DNA of 64,000 nucleotides from an uncultured Actinomycetota bacterium (GTDB lineage Bacteria; Actinomycetota; Actinomycetes; Mycobacteriales; CADCTP01), in assembly GCA_963728945.1 (NCBI GenBank), contig CAVSMA010000004.1, positions 532,710-596,709 of the forward strand, in the 5' to 3' direction. The notes under the pieces are model-generated. The model ran no database searches, was not told the DNA's origin, and worked only from the letters and a program-made list of their open reading frames with translations. Both the position numbers and the translations under genes were made by a program. Shown one piece after another: positions 26,460 to 35,907 of this stretch (within the stretch, counting starts at the first letter, position 1; the number at the start of each line of letters is the position of its first letter).

Positions 26460-27574
26460 CGCCGGGCCGCCGGCGCGCCGAGGCGCTCGCGGAGCGCGGT
26501 GACCACCACCGTGGCGGCGAACGACTCGCGGGCCCGGTCCCGGGCGGCGGCCCGCAGCTTGGCCAGCGCCGGGGCGTCGCCGGCGAGCCCGCGCAGCACC
26601 GCGGCCAGCGCGTGCGCGTCACCCGGCCGGATGAAGACCGCCGCGTCGCCGAGCGCCTCCCGCTGCGGCCGGGTGTCGGAGGTGACCACCGCGCAGCCGG
26701 CGGCCGCGCCCTGGTAGACCTTGTTCGGCACCACCCGCAGCGCCTTCGGCCCGACTCCGAAGATGCCGAGGCAGACGTCGTGGGCCGCGATCACGGCCGG
26801 CAGCTCGGCCGGCTCGACCCAGTCGAGCCACTCCACCGCCGGGTTCGCCCTGGCCAGCCGGCGGGTCTCCGCCCGGTCCTGGCCGGCGCCGATCACCAGC
26901 GCCCGCACCTGCGGGGTGTCGGCGAGCAGTCCGAGCGCCCGGCCGATCGTCGGCGTGCCCTGCAGCGGGGTGAACAGCCCGAAGAACGCCACCCGCAGCA
27001 CGTGCGGGTCGGTCCGCGGGCCGGCCGCCGAGCCGGCGTCGAACCAGGCGGCCGGCGCGCCGACCGGCACCACCAGCGCCCGGTCGGCCAGCTCGGCCGG
27101 GACCAGCTCGGCGTGCTCGGCGCTGTCGAGCAGGATCAGGTCCGCGCTGCGCAGCGCGCGCCGGTCCAGCCGGCTCAGCAGGCGCATCGTCACCGCGCTG
27201 GACAGCCGCCGGTCGACCGCGGTGTCGGCGGCGAAGATCAGGTGGTCGAGCACGATCGTGGCCCGCCGGAACAGCAGCCGGGCGAGCTGCACGTCGAAGT
27301 GGCCGAGGTAGCCGACGAGCACGGCGTCCGGCGCCTGCCGCCGGTAGGCGCGCCGGCCGCGGACCGCGAGCAGCAGCCAGCAGCGGGCCAGCCGGAACGC
27401 ACCGGCCGGCAGCCGCCACGGCTGGCGCAGCATCGCGATCCGGTTGGCGGTGTCGAGCCCGAGCGGGATGTTCACCTCGGCGACGTCGTCGCCGCTGGCC
27501 CGCAGGCCCTCGATCAGCACGCCCATGCGGGGATGCGACCGGACGTCGTACGTCCCGAACGCCAGCACCCTCAC
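26456..27574 (-). CDS. GT-B fold glycosyltransferase (GT1/GT4-like)
   Basis: MRVLAFGTYDVRSHPRMGVLIEGL...; the C-terminal half is GT-B-like (VVPNKVYQGAAAGCAVVTSD). Confidence 0.65.
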   Translation of the reverse strand: MRVLAFGTYDVRSHPRMGVLIEGLRASGDDVAEVNIPLGLDTANRIAMLRQPWRLPAGAFRLARCWLLLAVRGRRAYRRQAPDAVLVGYLGHFDVQLARLLFRRATIVLDHLIFAADTAVDRRLSSAVTMRLLSRLDRRALRSADLILLDSAEHAELVPAELADRALVVPVGAPAAWFDAGSAAGPRTDPHVLRVAFFGLFTPLQGTPTIGRALGLLADTPQVRALVIGAGQDRAETRRLARANPAVEWLDWVEPAELPAVIAAHDVCLGIFGVGPKALRVVPNKVYQGAAAGCAVVTSDTRPQREALGDAAVFIRPGDAHALAAVLRGLAGDAPALAKLRAAARDRARESFAATVVVTALRERLGAPAARR

Positions 27575-27619
27575 GCGGGCCGACCCTACCGGGCGTTGGT
27601 CGGCGTCCCGCCGGGGCGG

Positions 27620-28732
27620 TCATCCGGCCAGGGCCAGCCGGTAGGCCTCGGCGGTGCGTGCCGCGCAGGCCGCCCAGGTGAACCCCCGGGCCCGGTCCCG
27701 GCGGGCGGCCGGGTCACCCTGGTCGGCCAGCGTCGCCCGGACCGCCGCGGCCAGCGCCGCCGCGTCGCCGACCGGGGAGAGCGTCGCCAGCTCGCCGGTC
27801 ACCTCGCGGACCACCGGCAGGTCGCTGGCCACCACCGGCACCCCGGCCGCGAACGCCTCCAGCGGCGGCAGCCCGAACCCCTCGTACACCGACGGGTACG
27901 CGAGCAGGGCCGCGCCGGCCACCAGCCGGCGCAGGTCGGCGGTGTCCAGGTAACCGGCGGACAGCACCGCGCCGGCCGGCAGCGCCGCGGTCTCCAGCGC
28001 CGGGCCCCAGCCGGGCGGTCCGGCCAGCACCAGCGGCGGGGTGTCCGGGTCCGCCACCCGGTCGGAGTCGTGCAGCAGCCGCAGCGCGGACAGCAGCGCC
28101 GGCAGGCCCTTGCGCGGCTCGACGGTGCCGACGAACAGCAGGTAGCGCTCGGGCAGGCCGCGGGCGGCCAGCTCGGCGGCCGGCATCGGGGTCGCGCCGA
28201 ACCAGCCCTCGTCCACCCCCAGCGGGGTGGCCAGCACCCGGTCGCCGAGCCCGTACTCGGCCTTGACCTCGGCGGCGACCGCCTGCGACGGGGTGACGAC
28301 CACGGCGGCCCGGCGCAGCCCGCGCGGCACCAGCGTCCGGTAGCGCAGCGACGCCGCCGCCACCGTCTCCGGGTAGCGCAGGTAGGACAGGTCGTGCACG
28401 GTGAGCACGCCGGCGGCCCGGCGCAGCGGCGGCAGCACGAAGTTCGTCCCGTGCACCACGTCGGCCCGCCCGACCAGCCACTCCACCGGCGGCAGCTCCA
28501 GCCGGTCCCAGGCCGCCTGCAGCGCGCGGGCCGGCGCGGGCCGGTGCCGCACCCGCACGCCGGCCGGCACGGCGGCCGGCAGCGCGCCGGCTCCGCGCAG
28601 CGTGAAGGCGGTGGCGACGAGGTCGAGCGAGTCGAGCGCGGCCAGCTCGCGCACCAGGTGCTCGACGTACCGGCCGACGCCGGTGCGCGGCCCGAGCAGC
28701 GGGGTGGCGTCGAGCACGACCCTGGTTCCCAC
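27620..28732 (-). CDS. GT4 glycosyltransferase
   Basis: VVLDATPLLGPRTGVGRYVEHL, VEPRKGLPALL, PSVYEGFGLPPLEAFAAGVPVV. GTG 28732 chosen, leaving a 100-bp divergent promoter. Confidence 0.8.
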   Translation of the reverse strand: MGTRVVLDATPLLGPRTGVGRYVEHLVRELAALDSLDLVATAFTLRGAGALPAAVPAGVRVRHRPAPARALQAAWDRLELPPVEWLVGRADVVHGTNFVLPPLRRAAGVLTVHDLSYLRYPETVAAASLRYRTLVPRGLRRAAVVVTPSQAVAAEVKAEYGLGDRVLATPLGVDEGWFGATPMPAAELAARGLPERYLLFVGTVEPRKGLPALLSALRLLHDSDRVADPDTPPLVLAGPPGWGPALETAALPAGAVLSAGYLDTADLRRLVAGAALLAYPSVYEGFGLPPLEAFAAGVPVVASDLPVVREVTGELATLSPVGDAAALAAAVRATLADQGDPAARRDRARGFTWAACAARTAEAYRLALAG

Positions 28733-28832
28733 GGCCGGCAGCCAACCAGACGGTCGGTCATGACCGCGCGCTAGGGTGACCCGAACCCGCCGCCGGACCC
28801 GTCCGGCGTAGCGGTGGCGTCGAGGTGGAGGA

Positions 28833-30113
28833 ATGGTGTCAGCGACCCCCAGCGCCGACGGTACGACCGGCACCGTCGCCACCGACAGCAGCGTCTACTA
28901 CCACTCCGGCTACTGGAACGACCTGGCCGCGGTGCAGCGCTACATGAACCGCCGGGCCAGCGGAGACCCGGCGGTGTCCTGGTCCGAGCACCTGGCCACG
29001 TCCACCGGCCGGACGTTCGCCAAGGCGCTGGTGCTCAACTGCGGCAACGGCTGGGTCGAGCGCGGGCTGGTCGCCGCCGGGCTGGTGAAGGAGGCCGTCG
29101 GCGTCGACTACGCGGATGACCTGCTGGTCAGCGCGCGGGAGGAGGCGGCAAAGGCCGGCCTGCCGCTGCGCTACGCGCAGCTGGACACCAACACCGCGGC
29201 CTGGCCGGAGGACGGCTTCGACCTGGTGATCAACCACGCGGCCGGACACCACGTCGCATACCTGGACAAGGTGTTCCGCAGCATCGCCGAGCTGCTGCCC
29301 GAGGACGGGCTGTTCGTCTCGTTCGACTACCTCGGCGCGCACCGCAACCAATACCCGACGGCCCAATGGGAGGCCGCGTTCACGGCCAACGAGGCGCTTC
29401 CGGCGCACCTTCGCAACGACCTGCTCTACCCGCACCTGCCGACCATGCTGGTGAGCGACCCGACCGAGGCGATCCACGCCGAGCTGATCCTCCCGACCCT
29501 GCGGCGATACTTCGAGATCGACCACTACCGGGCGCTCGGCGGCGGCGTGGCCTATCCGGTGCTCACCTTCAACAAGGCCATCTTCGCCAGGTCGGAGACC
29601 GAGCCCGAGGTCGCGGCGGCCATCGAGCAGGTGCTCGCGGCGGACGCCGCGTACACCGACGCGGACCCGGAGGCCAACACCCTGTTCGGGTACGTCATCG
29701 CGCGGCCGCGCAAGCAGGCGTTGGCCGACGCCGCGCAGCTGGCCGGCTGGACCGCGGCCGAGCAGGAGCGGGAACGCCGGGCCGCGGCCGACGGCGGGCG
29801 CTACTACCCGGACACGATGATGGCCGTCCTGTACGAACGGCTCGACGTCGCCGCCCGCGAGCTGGCGGGCGCCCGCCGGGACCTGGACAGCATCGCGGAC
29901 CGGCTGGCCACGGCCGAGCACACCGCCGCGGCGCAGGCGACGCGGGCCAGGGCCGCGGAGGAGGCGGCCGCGGCCGCGCCGACAACGCCGCTGCACTGGC
30001 TGCGGGCCAACCCGACTCTGCGGGCGATCGCCAGGCGCGTGCCGGGGACGCGGTCCGCGGTCGCCGCCGGGCGGCGCTGGCGGGACCGGCGCACGGCGAG
30101 CCGGCGGCCGTGA
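28833..30113 (+). CDS. class I SAM-dependent methyltransferase with long C-terminal coiled-coil-like extension
   Basis: ATG after GGTGGAGGA. VLNCGNGWVE (motif I), DLVINHAAGHH. The C-terminal ~120 aa are Ala/Glu/Arg-rich helix (AAEQERERRAAADGG...ELAGARRDLDSIADRLATAEHTAAAQATRARAAEEAAAA). Confidence 0.7.
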   Translation: MVSATPSADGTTGTVATDSSVYYHSGYWNDLAAVQRYMNRRASGDPAVSWSEHLATSTGRTFAKALVLNCGNGWVERGLVAAGLVKEAVGVDYADDLLVSAREEAAKAGLPLRYAQLDTNTAAWPEDGFDLVINHAAGHHVAYLDKVFRSIAELLPEDGLFVSFDYLGAHRNQYPTAQWEAAFTANEALPAHLRNDLLYPHLPTMLVSDPTEAIHAELILPTLRRYFEIDHYRALGGGVAYPVLTFNKAIFARSETEPEVAAAIEQVLAADAAYTDADPEANTLFGYVIARPRKQALADAAQLAGWTAAEQERERRAAADGGRYYPDTMMAVLYERLDVAARELAGARRDLDSIADRLATAEHTAAAQATRARAAEEAAAAAPTTPLHWLRANPTLRAIARRVPGTRSAVAAGRRWRDRRTASRRP

Positions 30114-30610
30114 CCGACCCCGCCGGCCGGGCCATGCCCGCGGGGCGGGGGACGCGGGTGGTCGCGGTCGGGCTGCTGGTGCTGGCCGCGGTGCTGGCGC
30201 TGGTCCGGCTGCCGGGCGAGCTGTCGACGCAGTCGGACACCGCCGCGACCGGCCGGGCGATGCCGACGGTCGCGTCGATCCCGGTGCAGGATTCGATCGG
30301 CGCCGCCGGCACCGAGTTCCTCGCGCTGGTCCGGCGCAGCGTGCCGGCCCACCAGCCGGTACGGGTGGTGCAGCCGATCACCCCGGTGTCCCGGCTGGAG
30401 AGCCGGACCTCCGGCCAGCCGGGCGTCTGCGGTTACGCGGCGACCGGGCTGACGTACTACTGGCTGGCGTACGCGCTGGTCCCGCACCCGATGACGTGTG
30501 ACCCGGACGCGCGCTGGACGCTCTACGCCCGGGTCGCGCCGCCCGCGCCGCTGCCGCCCGGGGCGAGCGTGTACGCCCGGTCCGGCACCTGGACGCTGGT
30601 CCGGCGGTGA
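30110..30610 (+). CDS. hypothetical membrane-anchored protein
   Basis: GTG overlaps the previous stop. One TM helix (VVAVGLLVLAAVLALV), then a globular part. Confidence 0.5.
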   Translation: MTDPAGRAMPAGRGTRVVAVGLLVLAAVLALVRLPGELSTQSDTAATGRAMPTVASIPVQDSIGAAGTEFLALVRRSVPAHQPVRVVQPITPVSRLESRTSGQPGVCGYAATGLTYYWLAYALVPHPMTCDPDARWTLYARVAPPAPLPPGASVYARSGTWTLVRR

Positions 30611-32244
30611 GTACCGCCGCGGTCGCCGCCGGCGGGCTGCTGGTGCTGCTCGCCGGGCATGGCGTGCTGCGGCTCGCGACCGGCCGGCGACCGCTCGCCG
30701 CGTACGGGCCGACCGCCGGGACCGGCCTGTGCTGGTTCGCCGGTGTGGCCCTGCTCGGCGCGCTGACTACGCTGGTCGGTGTGCTGGGCGGGTCGACCCG
30801 GCCGCTGCCGGTGCTTGGCCCGGTGCTCGGCCTGGTCGCGCTGGCCGGCCTGGTGCCGCTCCCGGCCCGGTTCGGCCGTCCGGCTCCGGAGCACGCGCGG
30901 CCCGCGCCGCGGACGGACGGGCCGACCCGACGGCAGGTCCGCCTCGGCGACACGGTCGCAGCGATCCTGGCCGTCGCGGTCACCGTGCTGATCGCGGTGC
31001 AGTCGGCCGGCATCCCCACCCGCAGCAACGACGAGTACGCGATCTGGATCCTGCGGGCTCGGATGCTGTCCCAGCTCGGCCGGCTCGACTCGGCCGTGTT
31101 CGCCGACACCGCGACCGGCTACCAGCACCAGGAGTACCCGCTGTTCCTGCCGGCGCTGTTCGCCTGGTTCGATGGCTGGGCCGGCCGGCCGAGCGACGCC
31201 GCGGCGCACGTGGCGATCGCCGCCCTGGTCGGCGCGACGGTCACGGTCGCCGGGGCGGTGCTGACCCGGCTCGCCGGCCCGGCGCCCGCGCTGGTCAGCG
31301 TGCTGCTCGTGCTGTCGCTGCCGACCGTGCTGTCCGTGCAGTCGCTGCGGCTGATGGCCGACCTGCCGGTGTTCGGGTATGCCCTCTGCCTGACCCTGGT
31401 GCTGGCGCTCTGGCTGAGCCGGCCGGACGCGGGCGAGGCCTGGCTGGCCGCGGCAGCCGTGCTGGCCGCCGGCGCGATCGGCACGAAAGCCGAGGGCCAG
31501 CTGTTCGCCGGCAGCGCGCTGCTAGTCACGCTCGTGCTCGCGCCCGCCCGCCGCCGCGGCGTGCTGGTCGTCACCGCCGCGGCGGGGCTCGTCGGCTTCC
31601 TGCCCTGGCAGGCGTACGCGTGCGTGCACCACCTGCGCAGCTGGGTCGCGAACGGGACCACGCTGTCGGCGGCGCACCTGCGCGAGGTGCTGCCCTGGGC
31701 CGGGACGGTCGCTCGCAGCATGGTCCAGCAGTGGCCGGGCGGCGCCGGCTGGGGGCTGGTGCTGCTGGTCGCGCTGGTCCCGGCCGCGGCGCTGGCGATC
31801 CGGGCCGGTCACGGCCGGCTGGTGGTCTTCGTCGTGGCCGTGGTCGCGCTGGATGTCGCCGTCCTCTACGCCCAGTACGTCGCGACCGCGCTCGGTCCGC
31901 CGTCCGACCCGGTCGCGGCCCGGCTGCTCACCGGCCAGCTGCGGGTCACGGTCTACCGGATCGCGCTGGTGCCCGCCGCGCTGCTGGCCCTGGCCGTGCC
32001 GGTGTTCGCCGGCCTCGGCCTGCGCGGCCGGCCCGCGCCGGCCGAGGACGCCGCCGAGCCCGTGCCGGCGGGGCCCGGAGAGGTCAGCGACCCGGGGCCC
32101 GGTCCAGCAACCGGTGCGCGCGGACGATCTCCCGCCAGCGCGCCGCGAACGCCGCGTCGGAGAAGTCCTGGGCCCGCTCCACCGCCGCGGCCGAGAGCTT
32201 CTCCCGCAGCTGCGGGTCCCCGGCCACCCGAAGCGTCTTGCTGA
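30607..32244 (+). CDS. polytopic membrane protein, putative GT-C-type glycosyltransferase/polymerase
   Basis: GTGA coupling. More than 10 TM helices; loop motif SNDEYAIWILRAR...QHQEYPLFLPALF. The last ~55 codons overlap the convergent gene and are low-complexity. Confidence 0.55.
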   Translation: MSTAAVAAGGLLVLLAGHGVLRLATGRRPLAAYGPTAGTGLCWFAGVALLGALTTLVGVLGGSTRPLPVLGPVLGLVALAGLVPLPARFGRPAPEHARPAPRTDGPTRRQVRLGDTVAAILAVAVTVLIAVQSAGIPTRSNDEYAIWILRARMLSQLGRLDSAVFADTATGYQHQEYPLFLPALFAWFDGWAGRPSDAAAHVAIAALVGATVTVAGAVLTRLAGPAPALVSVLLVLSLPTVLSVQSLRLMADLPVFGYALCLTLVLALWLSRPDAGEAWLAAAAVLAAGAIGTKAEGQLFAGSALLVTLVLAPARRRGVLVVTAAAGLVGFLPWQAYACVHHLRSWVANGTTLSAAHLREVLPWAGTVARSMVQQWPGGAGWGLVLLVALVPAAALAIRAGHGRLVVFVVAVVALDVAVLYAQYVATALGPPSDPVAARLLTGQLRVTVYRIALVPAALLALAVPVFAGLGLRGRPAPAEDAAEPVPAGPGEVSDPGPGPATGARGRSPASAPRTPRRRSPGPAPPPRPRASPAAAGPRPPEASC

Positions 32245-33650
32245 TCAGCTCGGCCGGCGTCGACCAGCGGAACCCGTGCACGCCCTCGCGGACGATCTCC
32301 CGCTGGCCGGCCCGGTCGATGACCACCGGCACGCAGCCGCCGGCCATCGCCTCCGCTGTGGTCATGCCGAAATGCTCCTGCGCCCAGGGCGAGCGCTCCT
32401 CGTCCTCGCCGAGCCCGGTCGCCGACCAGAAGACCGACGCGGTCGACATGGCCTGCTCCACCACCGGGCGGGGCGCGTTGGCCTCGATCCGGATCGGCAG
32501 GCCCTCGGCCGCGGCCAGCACGGTCTCGAGGTAGGGCCGCTGCGACTCCTCGCAGCCGCCGAGCACGGTCATCGACCAGCCGTCGAGCTGCCGGTCGCGG
32601 ACCATCTGGCCGAAGATCCGGACCATCTCCAGCTGCCGCTTCGCGTGCCCGAGGCCCGGGCTCGAAGAACCGGCCGACGGACAGCACGACCTTCTCCCGC
32701 TCCGGCGCCGGGTGCAGCCGGTCGACCTGGATCGGCGGGTAGAGCACCTCCGCGTCGTTCTGCCAGAGCCGCTGGATCCAGCTCCGGGTGTACTCGGAGT
32801 TGCTCATTACCGTGTCGTACGCGCCGAGGAACGCCTCGCCGGACAGGTCGCGCAGCAGCCACGGGAACCGGGTGGCCAGCGCTGCCCGCGGGCCGCCGCC
32901 GCTGGTGCCGGCCAGTCGGAGCCGGGACACCGCGACGCCGAGCGTGCGGGTGTCCGCCGGGCCGGGCACCATCGTCTTGGACCGGAACCGGATCTCCCGG
33001 CCGGCCGGGCTGCTCGGCAGGTCGACGATCTGCCGAGCGAACGCCTGCCGCGCGGTCAGCGTCGCGATCACGCCGCTCTCGTCCTCGACGGTCATCTCGA
33101 CCGGCTCGGTCATCCCCGGCCGGCCGAGGTCGAACTGGATCGACCGAGCCGGACCGGGCTCCAGGTGCAGCACCGCCTCCCCGTTGGTCCAGGTCCACTG
33201 CCGCATCCGGCCGCCCTCGGGCGGATACCAGCCGGTGCCCCAGCCCATCGCCAGCCGGTCCCGGTAGGCGGTCAGCCACGGGCCGAGCACCCTGATCGCG
33301 GTCCGCCGCCACGACGCCAGGTCGTGGTCGAACGGGGTCGGGAAGAAGCACAGGTACGCCGAGTGCGCGGACTCGGGCATCACCACGGACATGTACGTGG
33401 CGTTGACGAACAGGTCGTACTCGGAGGACAGCGCCGACACGTAGGCGTCGCCCTTGTCGGGAACCGTGCGCATCCTCGTGCGGGACAGATCGAGCCCGAG
33501 ATGCTCGGCCAACTCGTCGCGGTCGACCTGGCTGTGTCCGATCAGATCGACCTCGACCCCGTCCTTGGACAGGACCTCCGCGATCATCCCGGAGTGCCGC
33601 TCACCGCCCCCCATGGAGTGCCAATAGCGGTCGTAGATGGCCGCCCTCAT
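32084..33650 (-). pseudogene. GT4 glycosyltransferase with an apparent +1 frameshift near 32650
   Basis: N-part MRAAIYDRYWHSMGGGERH...VVLSVGRFFEPGP in one frame; C-part (GHAKRQLE)MVRIFGQM...EHFGMTTAEAMAGGCVPVV in another. Length is 3n+1, with an extra C in CCCGGGC[C]TCGGGCAC. Confidence 0.7.
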
Positions 33651-35011
33651 CGCTCTCTGACCAGCCAGCGTTCCAGATCCCTTCTCGAGCGCACCGCCCG
33701 GCGACCGAACTGCCGCCGGCGTCGCACCATCGTGGGCAACAGCCGTACGTACGAGGCAAGCACGCGGGCCCGCAGCAGGTGCGGTCGCAACGCCGGGCGG
33801 CTCCGCGAACGCAGCGCTTCCCGGCCGGCCCGGACCAGCATCGAGGCCGAGGTGAGCGGGTAGTGCAGCACCTCGCGCAGCGCCAGCGGCGCCGACGCGT
33901 CCTTGGTCAGCATCAGCAGCCGGTTGCGGTCGACGTGGAACACCCACAGCGGCGACCACTCGGTGCTCGACGCCGAGTGCAGGTGCCGCAGCACCGCGGT
34001 CGGCTGGTAGCGGATCGACCAGCCGTCGGCCCGCAGCCGCCAGGACAGGTCGGTGTCCTCGTAGTAGAGGAAGAAGTCGTCGTCGAACCAGCCGACCGCC
34101 CGGCCGGCCGCGGTCCGCATCGCCATCCCGTTGCCGCAGGCGTTGAACACCTCGACCGCCTGGTCGTACTGGCCGGTGTCCGGCTCCTGGAAGCCGCGGT
34201 CGGCGCCGTAGCCGTTGACCAGCACTATGCCGCCGGCGTTGTTGACCACGTCGACCAGTGGCGTGCCCTCGGGCACCGCGAGCACCGCCTCGCTGCCGGC
34301 CTCGGCCGCCGTCGCGGTGAGCGAGACGCCGGCGCCGCTGATCGTCACCGGCTTGTCCCGCTCGGCGATCCAGCGGAAGGTCACCTTCACCGCGGCGGCG
34401 ACGTCGCCGGGGCCGTCCTGCAGCGGCACCAGGAACGTGCCCTCCGGCCTGGTCCACCGGAACCGGCCGGCGCCGGTGCCCTCCGGCCCGTACGCGAGCT
34501 TCTCCCAGAGCACCTTCTCGGTCACGTCCCGGCCGTCCACCTCGACCGCGACCAGCCGCACGCCGAGCTCGCGCGGGTCGTGCGGGCCGGGGTCGAAGCC
34601 CTCGGTGCGCAGCCGCAGCGGCAGGAACCGGGGCGCGAACACGACCTTGCCGGTGACCACGCCGACCCGGTCGGCCCCGGCCTCGTCGAAGGGGGCGAGC
34701 AGGTTGCGCAGCCAGTCCGGCTCGGGCACCGCGTCGTTGTTGAGCAGCACCGCGTACGGCGTGGAGACCGTGCGCAGGGCCAGGTTGTTGCCGCCGGCGA
34801 AGCCGGTGTTGACCGGGCTGGCGATCACCCGAACCTCGGGGAAGTCGCGGGCGAGCAGCTCGACCGACCCGTCCCGGGAGGCGTTGTCGACCACCACGGT
34901 CTCGACCGTGCCGGCCGGCAGGTCCTGCCGGCGCAGGCCCTCCAGGCACGGGGGGAGCAGGTGGGCGCCGTTGTAGTTGACCACGACGACCGTGGCCCGC
35001 GCTCCGGTCAC
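33647..35011 (-). CDS. GT2 glycosyltransferase with inserted beta-rich domain
   Basis: VVVVNYNGAHLL, VVVDNASRDGS, NTGFAGGNNLA ... an insert of about 150 aa ... CGNGMAMR, FFLYYEDTDLSWR. Confidence 0.8.
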   Translation of the reverse strand: MTGARATVVVVNYNGAHLLPPCLEGLRRQDLPAGTVETVVVDNASRDGSVELLARDFPEVRVIASPVNTGFAGGNNLALRTVSTPYAVLLNNDAVPEPDWLRNLLAPFDEAGADRVGVVTGKVVFAPRFLPLRLRTEGFDPGPHDPRELGVRLVAVEVDGRDVTEKVLWEKLAYGPEGTGAGRFRWTRPEGTFLVPLQDGPGDVAAAVKVTFRWIAERDKPVTISGAGVSLTATAAEAGSEAVLAVPEGTPLVDVVNNAGGIVLVNGYGADRGFQEPDTGQYDQAVEVFNACGNGMAMRTAAGRAVGWFDDDFFLYYEDTDLSWRLRADGWSIRYQPTAVLRHLHSASSTEWSPLWVFHVDRNRLLMLTKDASAPLALREVLHYPLTSASMLVRAGREALRSRSRPALRPHLLRARVLASYVRLLPTMVRRRRQFGRRAVRSRRDLERWLVRER

Positions 35012-35907
35012 TTCTCGTCCTCACCGCCCGGCGCGACCGCCACCACGTACACCTCGCTCGGCGGGTAGAGCTGTGCCAACAGCGAACGGTACGCCCGGTG
35101 CAGCTCGGCCAGCTGGTGCTGCACGGCCTGCATCCGCTGGTCGAGCACCGAGATGAGGTGCGCCGCGTGCGACCAGAGGTCCGCCCGCGGGTCGGCGACC
35201 GCGGTCACCGCCTCGCCGTTGGACTCGGCGTCCCGGCGGATCCGCCGGTGCTGCGGCGGCAGCGCCGGGTAGACCTTCTCCGCGGCGCCGAGCAGCTCGG
35301 CCACCGAGGAGCTCAGCGACGCGACCGGCTCGAACTCCTGCGGCCAGAGCTGCGGCGGCGGACCAGGGTCGTTGCGCGGGTTGCCGGCCGACTCGGTCAC
35401 CGCCAGCCCGGCCTGGGCGGCGAAGAACGAGAGCAGCGCGGGGTCGTAGAAGCGGACGTGCGTCGGGTCGCGCCAGAAGTCGTAGCCGAGCACGGACAGG
35501 CTGCCGGCGCTCGGCACCACCGCGACGAACGCGCAGCCGGGCCGCAGCGCCGTGGCCGCCGCCGCGTACACCCTGGCCACGTCGTCGGGCTGCAGGTGCT
35601 CGAGGAAGTGGGCGCAGAACACGCCGCCGAGCGAGCCCGGCTCGACCCCCTCCAGGTAGGAGACCGCCTCGCCGAGCACGACGTCGTGGCCGCGCTCGAC
35701 CGCCCGCTCGACCATGCCCTCGTCCAGGTCGACGCCGCCGGCCGGGACGCCGGCGGCACGCAGCAGATCGAGGAACTCGCCCCGGCCGCAGGCCAGCTCG
35801 AGCACCGGACCGGTGGAGAAGAACGACAGGTAGTGGCTCAGCGCCTCGCGGGCCCGATCGCTGTCGTAGCCCATGTAGGCGTAGTAGTCGCTCTCCAGCC
35901 GAGTCAC
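35008..35907 (-). CDS. class I SAM-dependent methyltransferase with C-terminal coiled-coil-like tail
   Basis: GTGA coupling to wzt. VLELACGRGEF, VFCAHFLEHL. Tail LWSHAAHLISVLDQRMQAVQHQLAELHRAYRSLLAQL. Confidence 0.75.
   Translation of the reverse strand: MTRLESDYYAYMGYDSDRAREALSHYLSFFSTGPVLELACGRGEFLDLLRAAGVPAGGVDLDEGMVERAVERGHDVVLGEAVSYLEGVEPGSLGGVFCAHFLEHLQPDDVARVYAAAATALRPGCAFVAVVPSAGSLSVLGYDFWRDPTHVRFYDPALLSFFAAQAGLAVTESAGNPRNDPGPPPQLWPQEFEPVASLSSSVAELLGAAEKVYPALPPQHRRIRRDAESNGEAVTAVADPRADLWSHAAHLISVLDQRMQAVQHQLAELHRAYRSLLAQLYPPSEVYVVAVAPGGEDEK

Noticed and set aside
23429-28774. 1781-aa plus-strand ORF. Similar giants occur at 13201-16185(-), 31953-35024(-, outside its real GT parts), 57933-60932(+) and 42146-44353(+)
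   Set aside because: The reason is the same. These are low-complexity Arg/Pro/Gly translations opposite well-supported GT4, methyltransferase, YfhO and LuxR genes.
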